The notes below the pieces were generated by a model. It saw only the letters and a list, made by a program, of their open reading frames with translations, did no database searches and was not told where the DNA came from. 56,617 bases of DNA from the NCBI GenBank assembly GCA_964431675.1, contig CAYSKR010000076.1, positions 1 to 56,617 on the forward strand. The letters are read 5' to 3'. The DNA is from an uncultured Myxococcales bacterium (GTDB lineage: Bacteria; Myxococcota_A; Polyangia; Fen-1088). Below, piece after piece: positions 36,482-44,641 of the stretch. Position 1 is the stretch's first letter; every line of letters begins with the position of its first letter. A program made the position numbers and the translations under genes.

Positions 36482-38737
36482 ATGCTCAATCGTTCGAGAT
36501 TTTCTGGCCTCGGTGTCGTGCCGGTGTTGGCGTCGTTGTGTCTGACTGGGCTGGTTGTCGGCTGCAGCGATGACGAGTTCTCCGACGAATACTATGGTGC
36601 GATTGACCTCGCGCCGTACTTCTTCGACGGGGCAACGCCGGAGAGGCCGACGTTGGGTCTGCCGACCAACATTCGTCCGCAACGAGGTTGGATGAATGGA
36701 CAGCGCGCCGAGTATTACGACTTCGGTCTGGTCAACCACGTGCGCAAGCGCAGCACGACCGGCTCTACCCTGTCAGTGCCGGACTATTCGCTGGTAAGCC
36801 CAATCTACTTTTTCTTCGACAGCAAGGGGAGCCCGATGTTCTCGCCCCCAACGAAGGATCACCGGACCCAGCTCTGGTCGATGCGCGGCGGCAAAGACGT
36901 GACCCAGGCAAACCCACTCGTGCCAACCGGTGTCGGGGCCAAGCAGGATCGCAGCGTGCCCTACTCGGTTCGCATCCGGAATAGACTGATCGACCCGAAG
37001 CGCAACACCGCCGACTACCAGCGTCCTATCATCGACATCACGAACGCCAACAGCGAATACTCGGGCCTGTGGGAGATCTGGGAGGTCAAGGATCTCACCG
37101 GAAGCTACGAGCCCGACGCGATCAAGACCAGGGCGACTTTGTTCGGTGCGGTGGACGCAGGAAAGTTCAGCGTGCGGCGCACCCAGAAAGTCATCGACTG
37201 CCCGCTCGTTGACGACCGCACCTACGTGCATCCGTCGCCGATGCGCTACACGGCGTACGAGCGGATGCCGCCCAATCTCGGGCCACTCACGCCAGGTCCG
37301 GGGGACGAGGTGCCGCGACCGCGCATGGAGATTTGGTACCGGACGAAGGTTGGTAGTTGCTACATGATTCACGGCTGGGAGGCTCTCGGCGACGATCAGT
37401 TCATTCCCTATGCTTACGGCTCCGACAAGCGCCTCAACACGTTCGACGTCATCAGCTTCACCATCGGCGACGGCGCTGCAGCACAGACGACCGTCGTCGC
37501 GCCAACTGGGAAGATGTGGTGGCCGACCGTTAACGTGGCTAACCAGAACCCGATGTCGCCGGTCGGCCAGTTCCTGCGCTACCACAATGATTTTTTGACG
37601 GATTCGTTGCCTCGTCATCGCGAAAGCGATCCGCCTGGCTACCGACCGGTCCGGTGGTTGCAGGATCTCACGGTCGACCAGTCTCCACCCTACGAAAACG
37701 GAACCTATCGTGACATCAAGCGGGTCGATCCGGCACAACTGGCTGCGCGGGCCGGTGGGCCATGGACGAGAAGTTTCTCGATCATCGGCACGGCGATTCC
37801 TTGCGGCGGCTGGTTTGACCAGGAAAAGTGCGGACCCAACCTCGCGTGCAACCCGGATCCCGACCCGGACCTCGCACTGGCCGATGCACCGGCGGGACGA
37901 ACCTTGCCCCAGATGACGGCCTTGCGCGAGGGTGGCCCGCGCTGCGACGTTCCGTTCGCCGAATTCGGTGAGTACTGTGCGCTCGGCGTTGCGCAGTGCT
38001 TGAGTCAGGTGCCCCTGGGCACGCCGCAGTTCGACGCGCTCACGGCCTTGCTGGGTGCAGCGGTCGCCGGTCCAAGCCTCCTCCTGGCGTCTGATGGGTC
38101 GCCTGCTACCCCTGCGAAAGCGGCGGTTGCCGCAACAGCGACCGCGTCGGCCATGCCCGCTATGCCTTCAAACGCCGACCCCAACAAGAGCTACAGCGGC
38201 ATCGGCTACGCCTGCAACCGACGCACCGGTCTTATCTTGGCTGGAGCTGCTCCCACGGCTCCGACTCCCGTTGCTCCCCCTGGGTATTGCCAGATTCGGT
38301 GCGACAGCGGAGCGTCAAACTCGTTATCAGGTTCCAACGCTGTGTATATCGTTCCGAAGCTCACTTACCTATTGCGCGGTGGAAAAACGAAAGACGCCAT
38401 CGACGTGAGATTCAACCTCGATTCGCGTTGTGGTGGTGCCAAGATGGTTGGCTACACGTGTCAGAGTCCCGACGGCGCCACAACTCCAACGAAACAACGC
38501 GTCTGCATGCGGTCGTGCTCCGGTGCGGACACCGACACCTTGACGACCCAGATGTGCGAATTTCCCCTCAGCCCGCCGGCGATGCCGAAGGACTACGTGC
38601 CGGGGATGGAGACGCCCATGGTGAAACTTGGCTCCCGGGTTGAAGCGGCAAAGTTCACCGGGCAGGTCTGCCAGCAGTCGACCTGCACCTGGGATCCGGC
38701 CCACGAGCCGCGGGACACCAAACTGTGGCCGTACTAA
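36482..38737 (+). CDS. large Cys-rich lipoprotein, function unknown (751 aa)
   Basis: ORF 36290..38737, start at M65 giving MLNRSRFSGLGVVPVLASLCLTGLVVGCSDDE (lipobox). The C-terminal third has many paired Cys. No domain recognised. Confidence 0.75.
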   Translation: MLNRSRFSGLGVVPVLASLCLTGLVVGCSDDEFSDEYYGAIDLAPYFFDGATPERPTLGLPTNIRPQRGWMNGQRAEYYDFGLVNHVRKRSTTGSTLSVPDYSLVSPIYFFFDSKGSPMFSPPTKDHRTQLWSMRGGKDVTQANPLVPTGVGAKQDRSVPYSVRIRNRLIDPKRNTADYQRPIIDITNANSEYSGLWEIWEVKDLTGSYEPDAIKTRATLFGAVDAGKFSVRRTQKVIDCPLVDDRTYVHPSPMRYTAYERMPPNLGPLTPGPGDEVPRPRMEIWYRTKVGSCYMIHGWEALGDDQFIPYAYGSDKRLNTFDVISFTIGDGAAAQTTVVAPTGKMWWPTVNVANQNPMSPVGQFLRYHNDFLTDSLPRHRESDPPGYRPVRWLQDLTVDQSPPYENGTYRDIKRVDPAQLAARAGGPWTRSFSIIGTAIPCGGWFDQEKCGPNLACNPDPDPDLALADAPAGRTLPQMTALREGGPRCDVPFAEFGEYCALGVAQCLSQVPLGTPQFDALTALLGAAVAGPSLLLASDGSPATPAKAAVAATATASAMPAMPSNADPNKSYSGIGYACNRRTGLILAGAAPTAPTPVAPPGYCQIRCDSGASNSLSGSNAVYIVPKLTYLLRGGKTKDAIDVRFNLDSRCGGAKMVGYTCQSPDGATTPTKQRVCMRSCSGADTDTLTTQMCEFPLSPPAMPKDYVPGMETPMVKLGSRVEAAKFTGQVCQQSTCTWDPAHEPRDTKLWPY

Positions 38738-38757
38738 TCAGCAAAATGGAGAACGCC

Positions 38758-41208
38758 ATGCGAAAGATACTGACTTTTTCGGCCCTGGGTTCGCTTCTGA
38801 TTGCGCCGCTCGCCTTTGCTGCACCGCCCGTTCCCTGCAACTCGGATCCGGTCGCCGGAGCGATCATCCGCACGAACTGCATTCAGGACGAGATCTTCAT
38901 TCTGGATGGGAACGAAAAGGACGGGGCAGACGCCGTCGTCGCCTGCACGCCAAAAACGGAGAAGAATGCCGACGGCACCGACAAGAAGGATCCCGTAACC
39001 GGCCTGCCTGTCATGATCATTGACCCTCCGCAAACCTGTGGGGACTGGACGCTCAGCGCGCCCAAGGCGGTCAACGCGGCCCTCAAAAAGTTTGATGCGC
39101 CCCCCGATGGGTGGGACGAGATCGTGGTGTTTTGGGCAGATATGGCAAAGGCATCCAACCCCACCGGACCCTTGTTTTATCGAACCAAGAACGGTCAGAC
39201 GGATATCAATGAGGTCAAGAACATTGGTTTGACCGTTGTGCCGCGCCCCACGATGGGTCGGCTGCCATATATTGGCTTCATTGACGCGGCACCGGTAGGC
39301 TTGGTCAACAACTCCAACAATATGATTGCGCCGGCACCGGCGTTTGCCGGGAATTCCAGCGGGACGAACCCCGAGTCCGGGCAATACGTCCGGTGCGGCA
39401 GCGGCTCGACCCAGAGGCTGCCCGCGTTATGCGCGCCCGGGTTTTATTCGTTCTTCGATGCGCTGGCACAGACGACGGCTGCTTTGTATGGGCCGTACAT
39501 CGGCATCCGGCCACAGATGGGGCCGCAGGATATTTCCACCTGGCCGCTGACCAAGACGGGTCTGGTGGTGACTAAAACGGGTGAGTCGGCAGTGTCGGGC
39601 GTCTTCCGGCCGCGCGTCTGGAACTCGCTCCTGAATCTGGGCGGCTCGATCTTGGGCGGCAGCAACTGGCGCGACAACGGCAACGGCACGGTCGAGACCA
39701 CCAGCCCCCTCCCCTACTACGGCGTCAGCGGGGCCCGGAACGGTTCGCAGATCCTCCGTTTTCACGAGCTCGAGCTGTACTTGATGGGCATGGTGCCGAA
39801 GGAGAGCGTTCCGGACATCGAGTCGTACATGGATGCGGTCTCGACCGATGTGGTCAAACCGACCACGTTCTCAGGCGCGTTCAGCGAAGTGGCTGGTCCA
39901 CAAATGAACCTGCGTCGGGGTGTCGCGCTGAAGGTGACCATCGCCAACAAGAAGAAGGTGACCATCGGCGAGATCGTGGGCGTCAACGGGGGCGAGCGGG
40001 ATCCCGCCTATGCCAAAGCGCCGCGCTACCTGCGGCAACTATGGGTGGCGGTGACCAGGCCATGGCCGATGCAGCCGACTACCATTTCAACCACGGATTT
40101 CAATGACTTCTACTACCGCCAGGATCGAGAGCTTTCCGCGCTCAGCGGCTGGCGGCGGCAGTGGAACGCTTACTTTTACATGCTGACCCGTTGGCGTGGC
40201 CGCATGATCTCATCGTTCGACGGGAAGACCGACGATACCCCTTACTGGGAGTTCGGTGATCCTGCGGAAGATGCCAAGAGCTTCAAGCAGGATGGAGGCT
40301 TGAAGGCCGACTTCCAGGGCCCGATTCCGGTAGCTAACTCGTCTGACATCTCGACCGCCCTGCGAGTTCACGAGACCCCCGGTCAGGGTGGCGTCATCAC
40401 GTACAACAACTACCCCACGCCGCTGCGCATTGACGGGGACCAGAAAATCCCAAAGGCACCACTTAACATCGTGACCGTGCGTATGCGGATTCCAGCGAGC
40501 GCGTACAAGGCCTATGACCCCAAGAAGGTTGACAAAGACGGCAAGCCCGCGCCTGACCTGTGGAGGTCCTTCGCCACCGTCACCTTCACCGCGCCCGGCA
40601 AGAATGTTAGCGTTCGGATCCCGAACAACGACCAGGCCTTTCTGATCCCGGATGGCAAATGGCGCAACTACTCGGCCAGTTTGCAGGACAACAAGGACTT
40701 CACCAGCAGCGGGGATGTCTTCACCGGGCTCAAGTTCCAGCCGTCAAGCCTGGCGTTCAAGCCAGACCAGGCCGTCGAGGGAATCGACATCGAGTTCCTC
40801 CGCATCCAGAACGTGCTACCCGCCAACGCCGGTGATACCGACAAGGACTGCGCCGGGAAGGCCAAGCCCGACGGCTGGGTTGACGCCGAGGACAACTGTA
40901 AGGCGCATTACAACCCCTTGCAGGAGGACGGCAACGAGGACGGCGTGGGCGATGCGTGCGAGGACTTCGACGGCGACACGGTCGTCAACCTGTGCGACAA
41001 CTGCCCGACGGTCACGAACTCGCGGCAGCGCGACCAGGACGGCGATGGCATCGGCGACGTCTGCGATGAGGCAACACCCACTGGCTGCTTTCTGCAGCCT
41101 GACTCACTGGCTGGGCCGGTTCGTTCTGGCGCATCGACGCTGGGCGCGGTGATCCTATTCGGCGTGATGGGCCTTGCCTGCGCGCGCCGGATGCGCCGAC
41201 GGAAGTAG
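38758..41208 (+). CDS. large secreted protein with thrombospondin type-3 Ca-binding repeats and MYXO-CTERM-like sorting tail (816 aa)
   Basis: ORF 38725..41208. GGAGA 5 nt before ATG 38758. Signal MRKILTFSALGSLLIAPLAFA. DNCPTVTNSRQRDQDGDGIGDVCD repeats. Tail TGC...LGAVILFGVMGLACARRMRRRK. Confidence 0.8.
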   Translation: MRKILTFSALGSLLIAPLAFAAPPVPCNSDPVAGAIIRTNCIQDEIFILDGNEKDGADAVVACTPKTEKNADGTDKKDPVTGLPVMIIDPPQTCGDWTLSAPKAVNAALKKFDAPPDGWDEIVVFWADMAKASNPTGPLFYRTKNGQTDINEVKNIGLTVVPRPTMGRLPYIGFIDAAPVGLVNNSNNMIAPAPAFAGNSSGTNPESGQYVRCGSGSTQRLPALCAPGFYSFFDALAQTTAALYGPYIGIRPQMGPQDISTWPLTKTGLVVTKTGESAVSGVFRPRVWNSLLNLGGSILGGSNWRDNGNGTVETTSPLPYYGVSGARNGSQILRFHELELYLMGMVPKESVPDIESYMDAVSTDVVKPTTFSGAFSEVAGPQMNLRRGVALKVTIANKKKVTIGEIVGVNGGERDPAYAKAPRYLRQLWVAVTRPWPMQPTTISTTDFNDFYYRQDRELSALSGWRRQWNAYFYMLTRWRGRMISSFDGKTDDTPYWEFGDPAEDAKSFKQDGGLKADFQGPIPVANSSDISTALRVHETPGQGGVITYNNYPTPLRIDGDQKIPKAPLNIVTVRMRIPASAYKAYDPKKVDKDGKPAPDLWRSFATVTFTAPGKNVSVRIPNNDQAFLIPDGKWRNYSASLQDNKDFTSSGDVFTGLKFQPSSLAFKPDQAVEGIDIEFLRIQNVLPANAGDTDKDCAGKAKPDGWVDAEDNCKAHYNPLQEDGNEDGVGDACEDFDGDTVVNLCDNCPTVTNSRQRDQDGDGIGDVCDEATPTGCFLQPDSLAGPVRSGASTLGAVILFGVMGLACARRMRRRK

Positions 41209-41230
41209 CGCCCGAGGGGGGGCTTCAGCG

Positions 41231-43069
41231 TTACTCGAAGCGCATGCCGAAGGGGGTTACCCACGCCCACCGCAGGTCGACGTCAGGTCCGCGGGTGGCG
41301 AGGCCGTGTACCCGCTGCGAGACCGCCACCACCAAGTCGTGACGGTAAAGGGTGATGACCGGCAAATCCTCGGCGACCAGATCTGCGATTCGTTGCAAAA
41401 CCACCTCGCGTTTCGTTGGCGTGTCCAACACGCGCAACTCATCGAGCAAGGCCGTCATGCGGTCGGATCGGTATCCCGAGTGGTTGAACTCGCCGTCCCG
41501 GCCGAAGAGCACCCTCGGATCCTCGCCGCGCGAGCCATCCCACAACATGGGTGCCAGGTCGAAATCACCCGAGCCGACGCGCGACATCACCGTGCCTGGA
41601 TCGACCACGAGAATGTCCAGGAGAATCCCCACTCTGCGTAATTCGAGCGCGAAGGCCCTGGCCTCGATCGCCAGCGCGCGCGCGCCCACGGGCTGGAGCA
41701 AACGCAAGCGCACCGGGGCTCCGCTGGCATCGTCACGCACGCCATCGCCATTTTGGTCCACGAACCCCGCTGCCGCGATCAGCCTCAGCGCGGCCGCTCG
41801 ATCGAACGCGGGCACCACGGCGGAGGCCCCCCCCACTGGGCCTCCGATCGGCTGCGCGAGACCTGCGTGAGCTTCTTGCGCAAGGCGTTGCCTATCCCAC
41901 AAGAGCGAAAGGGCGCGGCGGACGCGCACGTCGGCCAGCGGCCCGCGGCGAAGATTCGGCAGAAGAAATGATGTTCGCATCGGCGTGATGCGAAACGTGC
42001 GAATGGCCTGCTGCAACACCGCCGGGCCAACTTGTTCGGGAAAGTACATCTCGGGCACGTGCGGCATGACGTCAAGCTCGCCGCGCCTCAGTCTGAGCAG
42101 CGCCCTGGCACCGTCGGTTTCAATGTCGAAGACGAGCTCATCGAGGAATGCGCCCTTGCGCCAGCTATTCGCCGCCCGGGCAAGACGGATGCGGTGGCCC
42201 CGCTCCCATGACACGAACCGGTAGGGCCCGGTGCCGATCGGCTGTCGGCCAGACTGACCGGTTTTTGTCGGTGGGCCGCGCAGGACAGATTCCGGGAGGA
42301 TCGGGATCTCGCACAGCGCGCGCGGGATCAGCGACGAGGGGCGGGCGAGGCGCAGGCGTATCACGCGGTCGGTTGCGACCTCGACGCCGCTCACCCCGTC
42401 CAGCTGTGCTCGGAGCAAGGGCGTATGGCTGTGGGCGCGCAGCACGGTCTCCAGGCTGGCCTGAACGTCCAGAACGGTCAGTGGGCGCTCGTCGTGCCAG
42501 CGAACGCCGGCCCGAAGCCGCAGCGACAGGCGCAGGCCATCGGCGCTGGTTTCCCAGCTTTCCGCCAGGCCAGGTCGCAAGTCGTCATCCGCATCGGAAC
42601 AGTCGATGAGGGTTTCGTAGACCAGGCCCCCCATGGCGCGGCCGATGAGTGGATTGGAGTCGAACAGGGGGTTCAGATGGGGCGGCTCGCCATCAAGTCG
42701 AACATGAACAATGCCACCCTGCACCGCGAATCCACTGGGTGGTTTCTCCGCCACCGCCGGGAGCACGGGAAGTGACGGGCTTTGCCACGTCGAAGCCCCC
42801 TGGGACCGCACGGGAACGCGTCCACCGGGCACCGATGCGTCGGCGCGCGATTCCCGGTGCGGTGATGATCGGCCACGACATGCAACGGTTGCAACAAGAG
42901 CCAGGGCGGCGAGGCCCAATGCCTGGCAGCGAAACCCTGCGCGACGCGCTTGATGGGTCCGGGGGCCCGTGCTATTGAAAACGCGGATCTTCGGCGTGGA
43001 CAGAGAAGCCCTGGGCTCGTTTGGAGCGGCGGTCTCGGTGCAAAAGTAGGTCCATGGAAGGATGATCAT
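41231..43069 (-). CDS. ABC-transporter substrate-binding protein, family 5 (peptide/nickel type)
   Basis: LNPLFDSNPLIGRAMGGLVYETLID...LRPGLAESWETSADGLRLSLRLRAGVRWHDERPLTVLDV is the SBP_bac_5 N-terminal pattern. Signal and Cys ALALVATVAC. Start uncertain. Confidence 0.85.
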   Translation of the reverse strand: MIILPWTYFCTETAAPNEPRASLSTPKIRVFNSTGPRTHQARRAGFRCQALGLAALALVATVACRGRSSPHRESRADASVPGGRVPVRSQGASTWQSPSLPVLPAVAEKPPSGFAVQGGIVHVRLDGEPPHLNPLFDSNPLIGRAMGGLVYETLIDCSDADDDLRPGLAESWETSADGLRLSLRLRAGVRWHDERPLTVLDVQASLETVLRAHSHTPLLRAQLDGVSGVEVATDRVIRLRLARPSSLIPRALCEIPILPESVLRGPPTKTGQSGRQPIGTGPYRFVSWERGHRIRLARAANSWRKGAFLDELVFDIETDGARALLRLRRGELDVMPHVPEMYFPEQVGPAVLQQAIRTFRITPMRTSFLLPNLRRGPLADVRVRRALSLLWDRQRLAQEAHAGLAQPIGGPVGGASAVVPAFDRAAALRLIAAAGFVDQNGDGVRDDASGAPVRLRLLQPVGARALAIEARAFALELRRVGILLDILVVDPGTVMSRVGSGDFDLAPMLWDGSRGEDPRVLFGRDGEFNHSGYRSDRMTALLDELRVLDTPTKREVVLQRIADLVAEDLPVITLYRHDLVVAVSQRVHGLATRGPDVDLRWAWVTPFGMRFE

Positions 43070-43796
43070 GGTGGCGAAGCAATCGGCTATCTGGTTTCCA
43101 GCAACGCTCGCGTCTTTCGCGTTTGGGGGCGCGCTGGTCTGGGCACAAGGTCAGGCACTCGCACCCATCAAGGTGAACTTGCCGCCCGCACCCAACTTCG
43201 ACGTGGCCACCGCGCCGCAGGAATACCCGACGGGCGAGTTGAGCGTGTACGGTTTGCGCAAGGGCATGAGCAAGTATCTGGACAAGGATGTGAGGGTCAA
43301 GGGGTATCTGCTTGAGCTTTACGAGTGCCCGGCGGAGTTGCGCGAGTGCAACGCCGACGCAGCAACAAAGTCCAAGAAGGAAAAACTGGCGGCCCGAAAA
43401 AAGGGCGGCGCGACGTCGACGCCCGAGCCACCCAAGGGCGGTTGTCGGCCATGCGATCAGCCACATTTCTTCATTGCTGATACTCCAACGATGAAAAAGG
43501 AACGGGCCCTGCTGGTGGCCGACTATCCGGTCAAGGACTGGGAAACGGGAAAGCCCAAGCCGCTGGTCGCCAAGGTCGGCGATCCGTTCGTGGTCACTGG
43601 CACGTTCTCGATTAACTCGATGACCGGCTTCGCCGCCTCGAACGGCCTCATCATCCACAAACGGTTTGAGGACGCCCAGGGCAAGGTGCTGGCCGAGGGC
43701 AACGCGGTGCTGCCCCCGGAAGCCCAGACTATTACTCTGCCGGGAAAGCCGACCGAGCCTCTCAAGGTCGGGAACGAAAAGTTCAAAAAGAAGTGA
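43068..43796 (+). CDS. hypothetical exported protein
   Basis: ORF 43062..43796. Signal MVAKQSAIWFPATLASFAFGGALVWAQ. Cys motif CPAELREC...CRPC. Lys-rich C-terminus. No domain recognised. Confidence 0.6.
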   Translation: MVAKQSAIWFPATLASFAFGGALVWAQGQALAPIKVNLPPAPNFDVATAPQEYPTGELSVYGLRKGMSKYLDKDVRVKGYLLELYECPAELRECNADAATKSKKEKLAARKKGGATSTPEPPKGGCRPCDQPHFFIADTPTMKKERALLVADYPVKDWETGKPKPLVAKVGDPFVVTGTFSINSMTGFAASNGLIIHKRFEDAQGKVLAEGNAVLPPEAQTITLPGKPTEPLKVGNEKFKKK

Positions 43797-43826
43797 TCGA
43801 GGCGCGACCGACGTTGGTCGCGGACC

Positions 43827-44579
43827 TCAGGGCCGAGGCTCCTTGATGCAGGCCACGGCGCCCGACGGGCAACCGGAATCCTTCCGCGACAGCAGCAGGG
43901 CGGTGGCCACGCCGCCTGCCACAACTGCGCTGGCGACGACCCAAAACCAGGATTTGCCAAAAACGGATGCCGAGGTCGGCCCGGATGCAACGGGAGGCGG
44001 CACTCGATCGATCAGCGCCGGACGCTCAGGGAGCGGCCTTGGCGCAACGGGTGTTTGCCGTGGGATCTGGACTTCAACTGCGGGAGGCGGTGCTGGCGGT
44101 GCTGGTGGTGCTGGCGGTGCTGGTGGTGCTGGTGGTGCTGGCCGTGCTGGCGGCGCTGGTGGTGCTGGCGGTGCTGGTGGTGCTGGCGGTGCTGGTGGTG
44201 CTGGCCGTGGCATCGCCGCTAGCGCATCTTCCATCGAGCGCATCAAAGACTCGACCTCGGTTCGTTCTTTTGTACCTGGATCGAGCTGCAAGAAGAGTTG
44301 GTAGTAGTGCCTGGCCTTGGCAAACTCGCCTGCGCGCCGGTAGGAGTGGCCAATGTTGATCAAGAAAGGTGTGCGAGGCGTGGCGGCGTAACCGGCTTCG
44401 AATTCGTGCGCTGCCTCCAGAAACTTGTCCTGCTTGTTGATCGCGTACCCCTGGTTGTAGAGCTCCCGGCCCCGTTTCCATCGACGCATAGCTTCCGCTT
44501 CGTCGTCCACGGCGTACGCGGGAACCGCCAGCTTGGTCAGCCACAACAAGCACAGCAAGCCTGCGACGTATTTTTTCAT
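43827..44579 (-). CDS. TPR-repeat protein with (PAP)n linker and C-terminal TM helix
   Basis: ORF 43827..44735, start at M53 (MKKYVAGLLCLLWLTKLAVPAYA). TPR-like helices (FLEAAHEFEAGY, GHSYRRAGEFAKARHYYQLFLQLDP), long PAPPAPPAP run, SWFWVVASAVVAGGVATALLL. Confidence 0.75.
   Translation of the reverse strand: MKKYVAGLLCLLWLTKLAVPAYAVDDEAEAMRRWKRGRELYNQGYAINKQDKFLEAAHEFEAGYAATPRTPFLINIGHSYRRAGEFAKARHYYQLFLQLDPGTKERTEVESLMRSMEDALAAMPRPAPPAPPAPPAPPAPPAPPARPAPPAPPAPPAPPAPPAPPPAVEVQIPRQTPVAPRPLPERPALIDRVPPPVASGPTSASVFGKSWFWVVASAVVAGGVATALLLSRKDSGCPSGAVACIKEPRP
44087..44212. repeat. 9-bp tandem repeat array (GGTGCTGGY, about 14 copies)
   Basis: Near-perfect head-to-tail copies with C/T alternation at the last position and two GGCCGTGCT variants. 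Encodes (PAP)n on the minus strand. Confidence 0.9.
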
Positions 44580-44641
44580 CAACGATCTCGCTCCACTCAC
44601 GACCGGCCACCGCATCATATCTGGTCTTGGTTTGGCTCGCG

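Noticed and set aside
43803-43822. Hairpin CGCGACC-GACGTT-GGTCGCG between the convergent genes ending at 43796 and 43827. There is a similar weak stem after the Omp85 gene near 55000.
   Set aside because: The stems are only 7-8 bp and have no flanking T/A tracts on either strand. This is insufficient to call intrinsic terminators. No convincing rho-independent terminator was seen anywhere in the window.
44087-44212. Checked whether the tandem repeat arrays (here and at 30134-30169) could be CRISPR.
   Set aside because: The units are 9 bp with no spacers and lie inside coding sequence. No cas genes are present.
43666-44304. Plus-strand ORF with (AGG)n and minus-strand ORF 44074..44610 with (STT/STA)n.
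   Set aside because: These are alternative-frame readings of the 9-bp tandem repeat. The frame giving the signal peptide, TPR, (PAP)n and TM helix (43827..44579, minus) is the coherent one.
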